Below are positions 34,196-46,304 of a DNA stretch of 64,000 nt, piece after piece. Under the pieces are notes generated by a model. It was not told where the DNA came from. It was given only the letters and a program-made list of their open reading frames with translations, and made no database searches. The position numbers were made by a program, and so were the translations under genes. The DNA is from Vicinamibacterales bacterium. GTDB lineage: Bacteria > Acidobacteriota > Vicinamibacteria > Vicinamibacterales > UBA8438. The stretch covers positions 106,350 through 170,349 of the forward strand of contig CBDDJQ010000005.1 in NCBI GenBank assembly GCA_965229825.1, read 5' to 3'. The first letter of the stretch is position 1. Every line of letters starts with the position of its first letter.

Positions 34196-34815
34196 ACACC
34201 ATCGCATCCGCCGCACCGGACGCCACGACCGTCCAACGCATCGCCCTGAAGCTCTTTCTCGACGAGCAGTCGGTGCTCTCCCCGCGTGACGTCATCCCGG
34301 TGTTCCATCGCTGGATCCAGACCCGCGCGGTGGACGGGCTTCTGATCGACGTCGCCGACTACACCCATCTTCCCACCGGCCCCCTGGTGCTCCTGGTGGG
34401 TCACGAAGGCCGATACGTTCTCGACCGCAGCGAGGACCGGCTGGGGCTGCAGTACCTGCGGACGCAACCGCTGGCCGGGCCGCTGGACGCCCGGTTGCGT
34501 ACGGTCGCGGGGATGCTGCTGCGCGCCGCCCGGCTGCTCGAAGAGGATACGGCTCTGACCGGGCCGGTACGCTTCCGCGGTGACGAGATCGAGTGTGTCG
34601 CGAACGATCGTCTCCTGGCTCCGAACACGCCGGACACGTTCTCGGCCGTCCGTCCGGCCTTCGAATCGTTGCTCGCGGTGCTTTCCGGCGGCGCATCCTG
34701 GACCCTGACCCCCCACATCGGGCCGGGGACGCGCTTCGGCATCCATGCGGGCACCCCCGCCGGGACGCCGGTCGAGACCCTCCGCAGACGGCTGGATTCC
34801 GGGACCGGCTCCTGA
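34192..34815 (+). CDS. Conserved hypothetical protein (207 aa) translationally coupled to sulfite reductase
   Basis: The GTG at 34192 overlaps the sir stop (GTGA), with AGGAG at 34181-34185. The sequence looks like a coherent globular protein (IALKLFLDEQS...LLIDVADYTHLPTGPLVLLVGHEG...). Confidence 0.6.
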   Translation: MNTIASAAPDATTVQRIALKLFLDEQSVLSPRDVIPVFHRWIQTRAVDGLLIDVADYTHLPTGPLVLLVGHEGRYVLDRSEDRLGLQYLRTQPLAGPLDARLRTVAGMLLRAARLLEEDTALTGPVRFRGDEIECVANDRLLAPNTPDTFSAVRPAFESLLAVLSGGASWTLTPHIGPGTRFGIHAGTPAGTPVETLRRRLDSGTGS

Positions 34816-34925
34816 AACGGCGGCCGTCCCTCGGCCGTCCCGCCGGCAGGCGGCGGCAAGGATATAAGAGATACTAATACTGCGCCATCCGGCTATTAGC
34901 CTTTTGTGATAGATTGGTCGGCCTC

Positions 34926-35945
34926 ATGCACGTCGAAACGCTGAACATCTTCTGCGATGTCGTTCGTCACCAGAGCTTTTCGCGAGGCGCCAGGGCCAAC
35001 TCGGTCAGCCAGTCGGCGGCGAGTCAGGCGGTGCGGCAGCTCGAGAAGCACCTGGGCGCCCAGTTGATCGACCGGTCCAAGCGGCCGTGGGAACTGACCC
35101 CGGAGGGCCGGCTGTTCTTCAAGGGCTGCCAGGAACTCGTCGAGCGCTATCACGAGCTGGAAGACGCGGTGCGGCATCGGCAGAATCCGTCGAGCCGGAC
35201 GGTCCGGCTCGCGACGATCTACTCCGTGGGGGTCCACCATCTGACGCAGTACGTGGACCGGTTCCGCGCCGCGGTCCCGGGGGCGGGGGTCGACCTGCAG
35301 TACATGCACCCCGCCGAAATCTGCGAGCAGGTGCTGAGCGACCGGTGCGACCTCGGCCTGATCTCGTTCGTCACCCCGCGCCGCGAGCTCGCGGTCATCC
35401 CCTGGCAACGGCAGTCGATGGTCGTGGCGTGTCCCCCGGAGCATCGGTTCGCGGCCCTGGCGGCGGAGCGGGGCGGCGTCCGGCCGGCGGATCTCGCGGG
35501 CGAGCGATTCGTGGCATTCGACCGGAAGCTGCCGGCCCGCCGGGCGATAGACCGCTTTCTGCGGCGCCACCACGTCGAGGTGACGGTCACGGCAGAGTTC
35601 GACAACATCGAGACCATCAAGCAGGCGGTCGACGAGGAGGCGGGCATCGCGATCCTGCCGGAGCCGACCCTGCGCCGCGAGGTGCGCCGCGGAACCCTGG
35701 TGCAGGCGCCGCTCGTGCTGCCGGCCGGGGAGCCGCCGCTCGTCCGGCCGCTCAGCATCGTGCATCGAAGCAATCGACACCTGAACCCGGCCGTCACCGA
35801 GTTCATCAAGCTGCTCGGCGCCGATGCTCCGGCTGCACCGGTGCGCGCGCCGGCCGGAACCCTCCGGACCGCGAGAACCCGCGGCGCACCGCAACGGACC
35901 TCCGTCCGCACGACGAGCACCGACCCACAGGGAGCCAATCCATGA
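34926..35945 (+). CDS. LysR-family transcriptional regulator with a low-complexity C-terminal tail
   Basis: [44 protein letters not shown] (an HTH) plus a LysR substrate domain. The stop overlaps the gltB ATG (ATGA at 35942-35945). A TTG at 34914 is an alternative start. Confidence 0.85.
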   Translation: MHVETLNIFCDVVRHQSFSRGARANSVSQSAASQAVRQLEKHLGAQLIDRSKRPWELTPEGRLFFKGCQELVERYHELEDAVRHRQNPSSRTVRLATIYSVGVHHLTQYVDRFRAAVPGAGVDLQYMHPAEICEQVLSDRCDLGLISFVTPRRELAVIPWQRQSMVVACPPEHRFAALAAERGGVRPADLAGERFVAFDRKLPARRAIDRFLRRHHVEVTVTAEFDNIETIKQAVDEEAGIAILPEPTLRREVRRGTLVQAPLVLPAGEPPLVRPLSIVHRSNRHLNPAVTEFIKLLGADAPAAPVRAPAGTLRTARTRGAPQRTSVRTTSTDPQGANP

Positions 35946-38900
35946 GCGGATCCGAAAGTCGAACACCGCACGCATCGGGCCTGGGGCTCTACGATCCGCG
36001 GTTCGAGCACGACTCGTGCGGGGTGGGGTTCGTCGTCCACATCCGGGGGCGGCGCTCGCGCGCCCTCGTCGACCAGGCGATCGAGATCGGGGTCAACCTG
36101 CTCCATCGCGGAGCCTGCGGGTGCGAGCCCAACACCGGGGACGGCGCCGGGCTGCTGCTGCAGATTCCGGACCGGTTTCTGCGACGCGAAACCGCCGCGC
36201 TCGGGTTCACCCTGCCGCCGGAGGGGCAGTACGGCGCGGGCATGCTGTTTCTTCCGCGACGGGGGAGCGAGCGGAGCCGGGTCGAAGCGCTGATTGCCCG
36301 CATCGTCGACGAAGAACGCCAGACTCTGCTGGGGTGGCGGGACGTCCCGACCGACAGCAGCCCACTGGGCGCCACCGCGCGCCAGGGCGAACCGGTCATC
36401 CGGCAGGTGTTCATCGGACGGGATCCCGCGCTGGGCGCCGGCCCGGACGCGCAACTCCGATTCGAACGCAACCTCTACGTCATCCGGCGTCGCATCGAGA
36501 ACGCCGTCGACAGCCTGCACCTCGACGCCGGCGATTCGTTCTACGTGGCGAGCCTGTCGTCGCAGACCATCGTCTACAAGGGCATGCTGATCGCCGACCA
36601 GGTCACCACCATGTTCCCGGACCTGGTGGACCCCGACCTCGAATCGGCGATCGGGCTGGTGCACTCGCGTTTCAGCACCAACACGTTCCCGTCGTGGCCG
36701 CTGTCCCATCCCTACCGCTACATCGCCCACAACGGCGAAATCAACACGCTGCGCGGCAACATCAACTGGATGCGGGCGCGCGAGGCGCTGTGCGAGTCGG
36801 ATCTGCTGGGGGACGACCTCCGGAAGCTGTTTCCCATCATCGAGGAGAGCCAGAGCGATACCGCCACCTTCGACAATGTGCTCGAGTTCCTGGTCATGAC
36901 AGGCCGCCCGCTGACGCACGCGGTCCTGATGATGATCCCGGAACCGTGGAGGAAGCACGAGTCGATGGCGGCCGACCGGCGCGCGTTCTACGAGTACCAC
37001 TCGGCCTTGATGGAACCGTGGGACGGCCCCGCCTCGATCGCGTTCACCGACGGCACGGTGGTCGGGGCGGTCCTCGACCGCAACGGGCTGCGCCCGTCCC
37101 GCTATTACGTCACCAAGGACGACCTGGTGGTCATGGCGTCCGAGGTCGGCGTCCTGGATCTGCCGCCGGAGAACGTGCTGGTGAAGGAGCGGCTGCACCC
37201 GGGCCGGATCTTCCTGGTGGACACCGCCCAGGGCCGGATCATCGACGACGAGGAGATCAAGTCGGGGCTCGCGGCCGAGCATCCCTACCAGGCCTGGCTC
37301 GACGCCCAGGTCGTCCAGCTCCGCGATCTGCCTCCCGCCCCCGACCGGGCGACGGACGGCCGCGACTCGTTGCGGCGGCGCCAGCGGGCGTTCGGATACA
37401 CGGAGGAAGACCTGCGGCTGCTGCTCGGTCCCATGGCCAGGCAGGGCGTCGAACCGGTCGGATCGATGGGCACCGATACGGCCCTGGCGGTGCTGTCCGA
37501 CCGGCCGCGGCTGCTCTACGACTACTTCAAGCAACTGTTTGCCCAGGTCACGAACCCGCCGCTCGACGCCATCCGCGAGGAGCTCGTCACGGACATGAGC
37601 TCGACCCTGGGCGCCGAGCGGAACCTGCTGAAGCCGGAACCGGAGTCCTGTCACCAGATTCGCATCGAGTATCCGATTCTCGACAACGAGGAAACCGCCC
37701 GGATCCGGCACAATCCGGACCCCTCGCTGCGGGCGGTGACGTTGTCAACGCTGTTCGACCCGCACGACGGCGCGGCCGGGATCGAAGAGACGATGGACGA
37801 GCTGTGCCGTCAGGCCAGCGCCGCCGTCGCCGACGGCTGCGCGCTGCTGGTGCTCTCGGACCGGGGCGTGGACGCCGACCACGCCGCGATTCCCAGCCTC
37901 CTCGTCACCGCCGGCGTGCACCATCACCTCGTGCGCGAGGGCACCCGGACCCGATGCGCCCTCATCATCGAGTCGGGCGAAGCCCGCGAGGCGCACCATA
38001 TGGCGCTGCTGCTCGGGTACGGCGCCGGGGCGGTCAACCCGTATCTGGCGTTCGAAACGATCGAGGAGCTGATCGAACGGGGCGACGTCGCGGACGTCGA
38101 CGCGCGGCAGGGCATCCGCCATCACATTCTCGCGCTCACGAAGGGGGTGCTGAAGGTGATGTCGAAGATGGGCATCTCGACGCTGCAGAGCTATCGCGGC
38201 GCCCAGATCTTCGAAGCGGTGGGGCTGAACAAGGCGTTCGTCGATCGCTATTTCACGTGGACGGCGTCACGGCTGGGCGGGATCGGCATCGACACCGTCG
38301 AGGTGGAGGTGAAGCAGCGGCATCGGCTGGCGTTCCCGATTCGCGGCGTCGAGGACGACGAGCTCGACAGCGGCGGGGAATACCAGTGGCGGCGCGACGG
38401 GGAGTACCACCTGTTCAATCCGGATACCGTCTACAAGCTGCAGCACGCCACCCGCAGCGGACAATACGCCGTCTATCGGGACTATGCCCGGCTGGTCAAC
38501 GACCAGAACCGCAACCGCGCGACGCTCCGCGGTCTGTTCGCGCTCCGGCCGGCCGGCGCACCCATTCCGCTCGACGAGGTGGAGCCGGTGGAGTCCATCT
38601 TCAAGCGGTTCGCCACCGGCGCGATGTCGTTCGGGTCGATCAGCGCCGAGGCCCACGAAACGCTGGCGATTGCCATGAACCGCCTCGGCGGCAAGTCCAA
38701 CACCGGTGAAGGGGGAGAGGACCCGGCGCGGTTCAAGCCCGACGAGAACGGGGATCTGCGGCGGAGCGCGGTCAAGCAGGTCGCGTCCGGACGGTTCGGG
38801 GTCACCAGCGAGTACCTCGTGAACGCCGACGACCTGCAGATCAAGATGGCGCAGGGAGCCAAGCCCGGCGAGGGCGGCCAGCTCCCCGGGTTCAAGGTCT

Positions 38901-40528
38901 ACCCGTTCATCGCCAAGATCCGCTACTCGACCCCGGGAGTCACCCTGATCTCCCCGCCGCCGCACCACGACATCTATTCGATCGAAGACCTGGCCCAGTT
39001 GATCCACGACCTGAAGAACTCGAATCCGCAGGCGCGGGTGCACGTCAAGCTCGTGGCCGAGGTGGGCGTGGGCACGGTTGCGGCGGGGGTGGCCAAGGCG
39101 CATGCCGACGTCGTCCTCATCTCCGGGCACGACGGAGGGACCGGCGCCTCGCCGCTGACCAGCATCAAGCACGCCGGAGTGCCCTGGGAGCTCGGCCTCG
39201 CGGAGACGCAGCAGGTGCTGGTGCTCAACCGCCTGCGGGACCGCATCGTCGTCCAGGCCGACGGGCAGATGAAGACGGGCCGCGACGTGGTCATCGCGGC
39301 CCTCCTCGGCGCCGAGGAGTACGGGTTCTCCACCGCGCCGCTCGTCGTCTCGGGATGCATCATGATGCGGGTCTGCCACCTCGACACGTGTCCGGTCGGC
39401 ATCGCGACGCAGAACCCCGAGCTCCGGAAGCAGTTCTCCGGACGTCCCGAATTCGTCGAGAACTACTTCAGGTTCGTGGCCGACGAGGTGCGCGAGCTGA
39501 TGTCCGAGCTGGGCTTCCGTACGATGGAGGAGATGATCGGCCGGGTCGATCGACTCGATACGACCGGTGCGGTCGACCATTGGAAGGCGCGGGGACTCGA
39601 CCTGTCGCCGATTCTGGTGAACCCCGACGTGCCGGACACGGTGGCCAGAAGGGCGGTGCGCGAGCAGGACCACGGCCTGGATCGGGCGCTGGACAACACC
39701 CTGATCGAACGCTGCGCGCCGGCGATCGAGCACCGGACCCCGGTGTCGTTCACCGTGCCGATTCGCAACGTCAACCGGACCGTCGGCACCATGCTCGGGT
39801 CGACCATCACCCGCCGTTGGGGCGGAGAGGGTTTGCCGGACGGGACGATCGACATCACGTTCACGGGGTCCGCCGGACAGAGCTTCGGCGCATTCCTGCC
39901 GACCGGGGTCACCCTGGCGATCGAGGGAGACGCCAACGACTACTTCGGCAAGGGGCTCTCGGGCGGCCGCCTGGCGGTGTTTCCCCCGCGGGCCGCGACG
40001 TTCGTCGCCGAGGACAACATCATCATCGGCAATGTCGCGCTGTACGGCGGCACCGGCGGCGAGGCGTTCGTGCGGGGCGTCGCGGGAGAGCGGTTCGCGG
40101 TGCGCAACAGCGGGGTCCGCGCGGTGGTGGAAGGCGTCGGCGACCACGGCTGCGAATACATGACCGGCGGCCGCGTGGTGATTCTGGGACGGACCGGCCG
40201 GAACTTCGCGGCGGGCATGAGCGGCGGGATCGCCTACGTGCTCGATCGGACCGGGAGCTTCGCCGAACGATGCAATACCGGCATGGTCGACCTGGAGCCG
40301 CTCGACGACGAGGACGTAGAGCTGGTGCAGGGTCTGATCAGGCGTCACGTCGATCACACCGCCAGCGCCTGCGGTCAGGCGGTGCTCGACCAGTGGAGCA
40401 CGGGGCGCCCGGCCTTCGTGAAGGTGATGCCTCGCGACTACAAGCGGGTGCTGATGGCGGAGGCCAAGGCGCGGGCCGAATCGCGCGAACCCGGCTTCGC
40501 CGAGCTGGTCGGCACCGGAGCCGACTAG
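35942..40528 (+). CDS. gltB: Glutamate synthase large subunit
   Basis: 1528 aa. N-terminal amidotransferase [16 protein letters not shown]/Fe-S central domains, and a C-terminal GXGXG domain. Confidence 0.95.
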   Translation: MSGSESRTPHASGLGLYDPRFEHDSCGVGFVVHIRGRRSRALVDQAIEIGVNLLHRGACGCEPNTGDGAGLLLQIPDRFLRRETAALGFTLPPEGQYGAGMLFLPRRGSERSRVEALIARIVDEERQTLLGWRDVPTDSSPLGATARQGEPVIRQVFIGRDPALGAGPDAQLRFERNLYVIRRRIENAVDSLHLDAGDSFYVASLSSQTIVYKGMLIADQVTTMFPDLVDPDLESAIGLVHSRFSTNTFPSWPLSHPYRYIAHNGEINTLRGNINWMRAREALCESDLLGDDLRKLFPIIEESQSDTATFDNVLEFLVMTGRPLTHAVLMMIPEPWRKHESMAADRRAFYEYHSALMEPWDGPASIAFTDGTVVGAVLDRNGLRPSRYYVTKDDLVVMASEVGVLDLPPENVLVKERLHPGRIFLVDTAQGRIIDDEEIKSGLAAEHPYQAWLDAQVVQLRDLPPAPDRATDGRDSLRRRQRAFGYTEEDLRLLLGPMARQGVEPVGSMGTDTALAVLSDRPRLLYDYFKQLFAQVTNPPLDAIREELVTDMSSTLGAERNLLKPEPESCHQIRIEYPILDNEETARIRHNPDPSLRAVTLSTLFDPHDGAAGIEETMDELCRQASAAVADGCALLVLSDRGVDADHAAIPSLLVTAGVHHHLVREGTRTRCALIIESGEAREAHHMALLLGYGAGAVNPYLAFETIEELIERGDVADVDARQGIRHHILALTKGVLKVMSKMGISTLQSYRGAQIFEAVGLNKAFVDRYFTWTASRLGGIGIDTVEVEVKQRHRLAFPIRGVEDDELDSGGEYQWRRDGEYHLFNPDTVYKLQHATRSGQYAVYRDYARLVNDQNRNRATLRGLFALRPAGAPIPLDEVEPVESIFKRFATGAMSFGSISAEAHETLAIAMNRLGGKSNTGEGGEDPARFKPDENGDLRRSAVKQVASGRFGVTSEYLVNADDLQIKMAQGAKPGEGGQLPGFKVYPFIAKIRYSTPGVTLISPPPHHDIYSIEDLAQLIHDLKNSNPQARVHVKLVAEVGVGTVAAGVAKAHADVVLISGHDGGTGASPLTSIKHAGVPWELGLAETQQVLVLNRLRDRIVVQADGQMKTGRDVVIAALLGAEEYGFSTAPLVVSGCIMMRVCHLDTCPVGIATQNPELRKQFSGRPEFVENYFRFVADEVRELMSELGFRTMEEMIGRVDRLDTTGAVDHWKARGLDLSPILVNPDVPDTVARRAVREQDHGLDRALDNTLIERCAPAIEHRTPVSFTVPIRNVNRTVGTMLGSTITRRWGGEGLPDGTIDITFTGSAGQSFGAFLPTGVTLAIEGDANDYFGKGLSGGRLAVFPPRAATFVAEDNIIIGNVALYGGTGGEAFVRGVAGERFAVRNSGVRAVVEGVGDHGCEYMTGGRVVILGRTGRNFAAGMSGGIAYVLDRTGSFAERCNTGMVDLEPLDDEDVELVQGLIRRHVDHTASACGQAVLDQWSTGRPAFVKVMPRDYKRVLMAEAKARAESREPGFAELVGTGAD

Positions 40529-40585
40529 GCGGGTTGGTCGGGCGGCAAGCGGAGCCCGCAACGCGACGATTGCCAATCTCCGGCC
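40528..40585 (+). repeat. REP-like repeat, copy D (module 1)
   Basis: GGCGGGTTGGTCGGGCGGCAAGCGGAGCCCGCAACGCGACGATTGCCAATC..., starting at the gltB stop codon. Confidence 0.65.
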
Positions 40586-40680
40586 GGGGCCTTATATTAG
40601 GGGGTTCACGCTACCGTCCGCGCCGTTGCCCCGACGGTCCAGCGACGCTTCGGGCCCCCCCGCGGCGGCATAACAGAACC

Positions 40681-42129
40681 ATGGGAAAGCTGAAGGGATT
40701 CATCGAGATCGATCGGCAGAAGCAGGCGACTCGCGACGTCACGGAGCGCCTCCGCGACTGGAGCGAAGTCTACCTGCCGTACGCCCCCGAGGAGCTGAGC
40801 GCCCAGGGGGCGCGGTGCATGGATTGCGGAATCCCCTTCTGTCACCAGGGGTGCCCGCTGGGCAATCTGATCCCGGACTGGAACGATCTCGTCTACCGGG
40901 ACAAGTGGAAGGCGGCGAGCGAACGCCTCCACAAGACCAACAATTTTCCGGAGTGGACGGGGCGCCTGTGCCCCGCGCCCTGCGAAGGCTCCTGCGTGCT
41001 CGCCATCAACCGGGACGCGGTGACCATCAAGTCCATCGAAATGGCGATCGTGGAACGGGCGTTCGAGGAGGGGTGGATTCGCCCCGAACCCCCGGCCGTT
41101 CGAACCGGCAGGACGGTGGCCGTAATCGGCTCGGGGCCGGCCGGGTTGGCCGCGGCCGATCAGCTGAATCGGGCGGGGCACGAGGTCACGGTCTTCGAGC
41201 GGTCCGACCGCATCGGCGGGCTTCTGCGCTACGGCATTCCGGAATTCAAGATGGAGAAGCGGTTCCTGAACCGCCGCCTGTCGATCATGGAGGCCGAAGG
41301 CGTCACGTTCCGGCCCGGCACCGACGTCGGAACGACGGTGCCGGCGGACACGATCCGACAGCAGTACGACGCGATGCTGCTCGCGGGCGGCGCCGGACAA
41401 CCGCGCGACCTGCAGGTGCCGGGACGCGAGCTGTCCGGCATCCACTTCGCCATGGAGTACCTGTCGCTGCAGAACCGGCGGTGCGAGGGCGACAGCATCA
41501 GCGATGACGATTTCATCACCGCGAAGGACAAACGGGTCGTCATCATCGGCGGTGGAGACACCGGCGCCGACTGTCTGGGCACCGCGCACCGGCAGGGCGC
41601 CCGCTCCATCCACCAGTTCGAGCTCCTGGCGAGACCCCCCGCTCAGCGGAGCGACGACAATCCGTGGCCGGAATGGCCCAACATCTTCCGGGTATCCGGC
41701 GCCCACGAGGAAGGCGGCGAACGCGTCTATTCCGTGTCCACGGAACGATTCTCGGGCAACGCCGCCGGACAGGTCACCGCGCTGCATGCGACCCAGGTAG
41801 AGGTGAAGCGCGAGAACGGGCGGTTCTCCTTCGCCCCGGTTCCGGGCAGCGCGTTCGAGATCGAGGTCGACCTGGTGCTGCTGGCGATGGGATTTCTCGG
41901 TCCGACCCGCGGCGGGCTGCTGACCGAACTCGGGGTCGAGCTCACCGATCGCGGCAACGTGTCGCGGGACGATAACTGGATGACCAGCGTCGACGGCGTG
42001 TTCACGGCGGGCGATATGCAGCGCGGCCAGTCCCTCATCGTATGGGCGATTGCCGAAGGCCGCAGCGCGGCGGCCGGCATCGACAGGCACCTGATGGGCG
42101 AAACCCGGCTTCCCATGCCGCTGCCCTAA
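40681..42129 (+). CDS. gltD: Glutamate synthase small subunit (NADPH)
   Basis: [12 protein letters not shown]..., [49 protein letters not shown]. Confidence 0.95.
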   Translation: MGKLKGFIEIDRQKQATRDVTERLRDWSEVYLPYAPEELSAQGARCMDCGIPFCHQGCPLGNLIPDWNDLVYRDKWKAASERLHKTNNFPEWTGRLCPAPCEGSCVLAINRDAVTIKSIEMAIVERAFEEGWIRPEPPAVRTGRTVAVIGSGPAGLAAADQLNRAGHEVTVFERSDRIGGLLRYGIPEFKMEKRFLNRRLSIMEAEGVTFRPGTDVGTTVPADTIRQQYDAMLLAGGAGQPRDLQVPGRELSGIHFAMEYLSLQNRRCEGDSISDDDFITAKDKRVVIIGGGDTGADCLGTAHRQGARSIHQFELLARPPAQRSDDNPWPEWPNIFRVSGAHEEGGERVYSVSTERFSGNAAGQVTALHATQVEVKRENGRFSFAPVPGSAFEIEVDLVLLAMGFLGPTRGGLLTELGVELTDRGNVSRDDNWMTSVDGVFTAGDMQRGQSLIVWAIAEGRSAAAGIDRHLMGETRLPMPLP

Positions 42130-42275
42130 CGAAACCACGGCTTTGCGATGGGCTCTTGGGCTGCTCCGCCGCCCGCAGGGGCCGGATGGCGCGCTCCGCC
42201 GGATTCCGGCGAGCTTCCGAACGCCAGCGCCGGTGACCCGCGGCCCCGTTTGACCGGAGACCCGCGTCATGCCGG

Positions 42276-43841
42276 GTGCCGACGTACAAGGACGAACAAG
42301 AATTGGTGCAAGGAAACGGGTCGACGGACATCGCGCGATTCGAGACGCTGGCCGAGGTCAACAGCGCCCTCGCGGGCGGGTCCAGCCTGCGGGCCGCGCT
42401 CCAGCGGGTGATGCAGCTCCTCGACCGGCGCGACAGCGTCGTGTGCGGATCGATCACGTTGCTGAATCCGGACTCGGGGTTTCTCCAGGTGGAAGCCGCC
42501 GAGGGGCTGACCCCCGAGGGACGCTCGGCCCGGTACGGCATCGGTGAGGGGGTGACGGGCCGGGTCGTCGAAAGCTCGAAGCCGGTCATCGTGCCGCGGG
42601 TCAGCAAGGAACCGATGTTCCTCAACCGGGCCCGGCGCAAGAATCTCGACCAGCGCGACATCAGCTTCATCTGCGTCCCGATCAAGACCCGCAAGAAGCC
42701 GGTGGGGGCCATCAGCATCGACCTGCCGTTCGAGAAGGGACGCGACTACCAGCGGTACGTCAAGTTTCTCGACGTGGTCGCCACCATGATCGCCCAGGCG
42801 ATCCGCGTCAACCATCTGGTGGATGCGGAGCGCCAACGGCTGGCCGAAGAGAACGTCCATCTGCGCGGGGAGCTCAAGGAGCGCTACGATTTTGCGAACA
42901 TCGTCGGCACCAGCAGCCCCATGCGGCAGGTCTACGCTCAGGTCTCCCAGGTGGCGGCGGCCAATACGACGGTGCTCGTGCGCGGCGAATCCGGGACCGG
43001 CAAGGAGCTGATAGCCCATGCCATCCACTACAACTCGCCGCGGGCCAAGAAGCCGTTCATCAAGGTGAGCTGCGCCGCCCTGCCCGACTCGCTGATCGAG
43101 TCCGAGCTGTTCGGCTACGAGCGAGGCGCGTTCACCGGCGCCCAGTCCCGCAAGAAGGGGCGATTCGAGCTGGCTCAGGGCGGCACGCTGTTTCTGGACG
43201 AGATCGGCGACCTGAATCCCTCGACCCAGATCAAGCTGCTCCGGGTCCTGCAGGAACGCGAGTTCGAGCGCTTGGGCGGCACCGAATCGGTCAAGGTCGA
43301 CGTGCGTCTGATCGCGGCCACCAACGCCGCCCTCGAGAAGGCGATTGCCGCCGGCACGTTGCGGGAGGACCTGCACTACCGCCTCAACGTCTTCGCGATC
43401 TTCGTGCCGCCGCTCCGGGAGCGGAAGACCGACGTGCTGCTGCTGGCGGACCATTTCCTGGAACGCTACGGGGTCGAGCACGGCAAGCAGGTGAGGCGCA
43501 TTTCGACCCCTGCCATCGACCTCCTGATGGCCTATCACTGGCCGGGGAACGTGCGGGAGCTCGAGAACGCCCTGGAACGGGCGGTGCTGGTGTGCGACGG
43601 GCACGTCATCCATGCGCACGACCTCCCGCCGTCCCTGCAGACCGCCGAAGCGTCGGCCACGGTCATGAGCCAATCGCTCGGCGATGCCGTCGACGCCTAC
43701 GAGAGGGACCTCATCGAGGATGCCCTGAAGGCGACGCGCGGGAACCGGGTCAAGGCCGCCTCCCTCCTCCGTTCGACCGAACGGATCATCAGCTACAAGG
43801 TCAAGAAGTACGAGATCGACTGCGGCCGCTATCGGACCTGA
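42276..43841 (+). CDS. Sigma54-dependent transcriptional activator with an N-terminal GAF domain (NifA-like architecture)
   Basis: A GAF-like N-terminus. AAA+ core [34 protein letters not shown] (GAFTGA loop) and [10 protein letters not shown]-terminal Fis-type HTH. The start codon is uncertain (GTG at 42276). Confidence 0.85.
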   Translation: MPTYKDEQELVQGNGSTDIARFETLAEVNSALAGGSSLRAALQRVMQLLDRRDSVVCGSITLLNPDSGFLQVEAAEGLTPEGRSARYGIGEGVTGRVVESSKPVIVPRVSKEPMFLNRARRKNLDQRDISFICVPIKTRKKPVGAISIDLPFEKGRDYQRYVKFLDVVATMIAQAIRVNHLVDAERQRLAEENVHLRGELKERYDFANIVGTSSPMRQVYAQVSQVAAANTTVLVRGESGTGKELIAHAIHYNSPRAKKPFIKVSCAALPDSLIESELFGYERGAFTGAQSRKKGRFELAQGGTLFLDEIGDLNPSTQIKLLRVLQEREFERLGGTESVKVDVRLIAATNAALEKAIAAGTLREDLHYRLNVFAIFVPPLRERKTDVLLLADHFLERYGVEHGKQVRRISTPAIDLLMAYHWPGNVRELENALERAVLVCDGHVIHAHDLPPSLQTAEASATVMSQSLGDAVDAYERDLIEDALKATRGNRVKAASLLRSTERIISYKVKKYEIDCGRYRT

Positions 43842-44054
43842 CAGCCCGGATCGCCGCTGCGGCGGCGCTTGCGTCCGACCCGGCCTCGGCGGGAGCCTGT
43901 ACGGCTCCTGCGCCCGGCTGCCGGGTGCCGCGGCCGCGTGATATGGTGGCCGGGAAGTTCGATCGCGTACGCGCGCTCGGCCCCCGGCCATCGAGTCGGA
44001 TGGCGCTGGAGGAGTTGCCGCAGTTCCTCGGATGCGCTGGACAGGGAGACCACG

Positions 44055-45740
44055 ATGCACCGCTTCGCCGTTATCGCCGCGCTCGCCGCCCTCGCCGCCG
44101 GCGCCGCGCCAGCCCTCGGCCAAGCGCCGGACGTGCAGCCGGTCACCGACGCCATGCTGGCGGATCCGCCGCCGGAAAGCTGGCTCAACTGGCGCCGCAC
44201 CCGCGACGGATGGGGACACAGCCCCCTCGACCAGATCACCCGCGACAACGTCGGACGGCTCCGGATGGTCTGGTCGTGGGCGATGGAGACCGGATCGCAG
44301 CAGACCACGCCGATCGTCCACGACGGCGTGATGTACCTCGCCAGCCCCGGCAACGTCGTGCACGCCCTCGACGCGGCGACCGGAGACCTGCTGTGGGAGC
44401 ACCGGCGGGAGTTCCCGACGGCGCGCGGCCGGGGGCGGCCGAACCGCAACATCGCCATCCACGGCGACCGGATCATCCTGAACACCGCCGACGCGGGCAT
44501 CGTCGCACTCGATGCGTCGACCGGCGAGGTGGTGTGGGAGACCGACGTCGCGGACGCCGCCAAGGGGTACCAGTACACCGGCGGGTCGCTCGTCGTGGAT
44601 GGCGTGGTGATCTCGGGCATGGCCGGCTGCCTGCGGTTCTGGGACGACGGCTGCTTCATCACCGGGCACGACGCGGCCACCGGACGCGAGCTGTGGCGGA
44701 CGTCGACGGTGGCGCGGCCCGGCGAGCCGGGCGGCGACAGCTGGGGCGATTTGCCGATGATGTTCCGCGGCGGGGGCGACGCCTGGATCACCGGGTCCTA
44801 CGACCCCGGCCTCGGGCTCACGTTCTGGGGGGTGGCCCAGGCCAAGCCGTGGGCGCAGGTGAGCCGCCGGACCGACGGGGACGCCCTCTACACGAGCTCG
44901 ACCCTCGCCCTCGACCCCGCCACCGGCGAGATGCAGTGGTACTTCCAGCACCTGCCGGGCGAGTCGCACGACATGGACGAGACCTTCGAGCGGGTCCTCG
45001 TCGACGTCGACGGCCGGCCGTCGGTGTTCACGATGGGCAAGCTCGGCATTCTGTGGCAGCTCGACCGCGAGACCGGCCAGTACGTCAACGCCACCGACCT
45101 CGGCTATCAGAACATCGTCGACATCGATCCGGCGACGGGACGGATGTCGTTCCGGCCGGGCATGATGCCGGTCCTGAACGAGCGGCTCGAGTTCTGCCCG
45201 AGCCACTCCGGCCTGAAGAGCTGGCGCGCGATGGCCTACCATCCGGAGACCGAGGCGTTCTACATTCCCCTGACCCTGAACTGCCAGCGCTCCATCTACA
45301 GCGACGTCGAATGGCGGGAGGGGGGCGGCGGCGCCGGCATGGTGTTCCGCGAGAACTTCATCCATCCCGACAGCGGCGGCAACCTCGGCGAGTTCGTGGC
45401 CATGCACGTCAGCGGCGAGATCCTCTGGTCGCATCGGAAACGGACCCCGTACATCTCGGCCGCGTTGACCACCGCCGGCGGTCTCGTCTTCGTCGGGACG
45501 TTCGACCGGCGGGCCTACGCCTACGACGTCGCGACCGGCGACGAGCTCTGGGAGACGCGCCTTCCCACGTCCGTTCAGGGTTTCCCGATCACCTATGCGG
45601 TCGACGGCCGGCAGTACGTCGCGATCGGCGCCGGCGTCGGGGGCGGAAGCTGGACGACGATTCCGGTCGAGCTGGCCCCCGAGAAACGGCGGCCCAACGG
45701 CGGGAACGGGCTGTTCGTCTTTGCCCTGCCGGATGAATGA
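44055..45740 (+). CDS. Secreted PQQ-dependent dehydrogenase (8-bladed beta-propeller quinoprotein), substrate unknown
   Basis: ATG at 44055 with an AGGGAGA RBS. Signal peptide MHRFAVIAALAALAAGAAPALGQA. Repeated A.D..TG...W propeller motifs (ALDAATGDLLWE, ALDASTGEVVWE, GHDAATGRELWR, ALDPATGEMQWY, AYDVATGDELWE). Confidence 0.8.
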   Translation: MHRFAVIAALAALAAGAAPALGQAPDVQPVTDAMLADPPPESWLNWRRTRDGWGHSPLDQITRDNVGRLRMVWSWAMETGSQQTTPIVHDGVMYLASPGNVVHALDAATGDLLWEHRREFPTARGRGRPNRNIAIHGDRIILNTADAGIVALDASTGEVVWETDVADAAKGYQYTGGSLVVDGVVISGMAGCLRFWDDGCFITGHDAATGRELWRTSTVARPGEPGGDSWGDLPMMFRGGGDAWITGSYDPGLGLTFWGVAQAKPWAQVSRRTDGDALYTSSTLALDPATGEMQWYFQHLPGESHDMDETFERVLVDVDGRPSVFTMGKLGILWQLDRETGQYVNATDLGYQNIVDIDPATGRMSFRPGMMPVLNERLEFCPSHSGLKSWRAMAYHPETEAFYIPLTLNCQRSIYSDVEWREGGGGAGMVFRENFIHPDSGGNLGEFVAMHVSGEILWSHRKRTPYISAALTTAGGLVFVGTFDRRAYAYDVATGDELWETRLPTSVQGFPITYAVDGRQYVAIGAGVGGGSWTTIPVELAPEKRRPNGGNGLFVFALPDE

Positions 45741-46210
45741 CGGGACTGCTGTTTCTCTGCGTCGCCAACGCCGCCCGCAGCCAGATGGCGGAGGGGCTCG
45801 CCCGGGCCCGGTTCGGACCGCGGGTTCGGGTGGCGAGCGCCGGCTCGTCACCGGCCGCGGTCCATCCGCTGGCCATCGCGGCGCTCGACGAGGTCGGCAT
45901 CGACATCAGCGGACAGCAGTCGACGGGCGTCGAGGCGGTCGACCCGGCATCGGTCGACGTGGTGGTGACGCTGTGCGCCGAGGAGGTCTGTCCGGCGTTT
46001 CCGGGCAGGGTGCGCCGCCTGCACTGGCCGATGCCCGATCCCGCGGGCGGGACAGGATCCGACGCGGATCGACTGGAGCAATTCCGATCGGTCCGTGACC
46101 GGATCGCGCAGCGGCTCGACGATCTGGACGCCGAGCTTGCGCGACCGCGCGACCTTACGGTCGCGTTGGGAGTTTCGCTGGCGCGAAACTCCTGCGGCGG
46201 AAGCACCTAG
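45737..46210 (+). CDS. LMW-PTP / ArsC-family (thioredoxin-type arsenate-reductase-like) phosphatase
   Basis: The P-loop LCVANAARSQMAEG (CX5R) plus distal Cys residues in TLCAEEVCP. ATGA overlap with the PQQ dehydrogenase gene. Confidence 0.7.
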   Translation: MTGLLFLCVANAARSQMAEGLARARFGPRVRVASAGSSPAAVHPLAIAALDEVGIDISGQQSTGVEAVDPASVDVVVTLCAEEVCPAFPGRVRRLHWPMPDPAGGTGSDADRLEQFRSVRDRIAQRLDDLDAELARPRDLTVALGVSLARNSCGGST

Positions 46211-46304
46211 GAGCAACCGAGCAGCAACGCAGTCAGGCAGGATGCATCGCCGGTCGAATGCTGCGGGGTTTCTGCCACGGGCTGTCAGCAGATCCGGCTG
46301 ATTC

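Noticed and set aside
43947-43961. TGGCCGGGAAGTTCG as a sigma54 promoter for the PQQ dehydrogenase. A similar GG-N10-GC match, TGGTCGGCCTCATGCA, occurs at 34915-34930.
   Set aside because: The first lacks the conserved -12 GC (it has TTCG). The second overlaps the LysR start codon and so cannot serve that gene. Both are expected by chance in GC-rich DNA.
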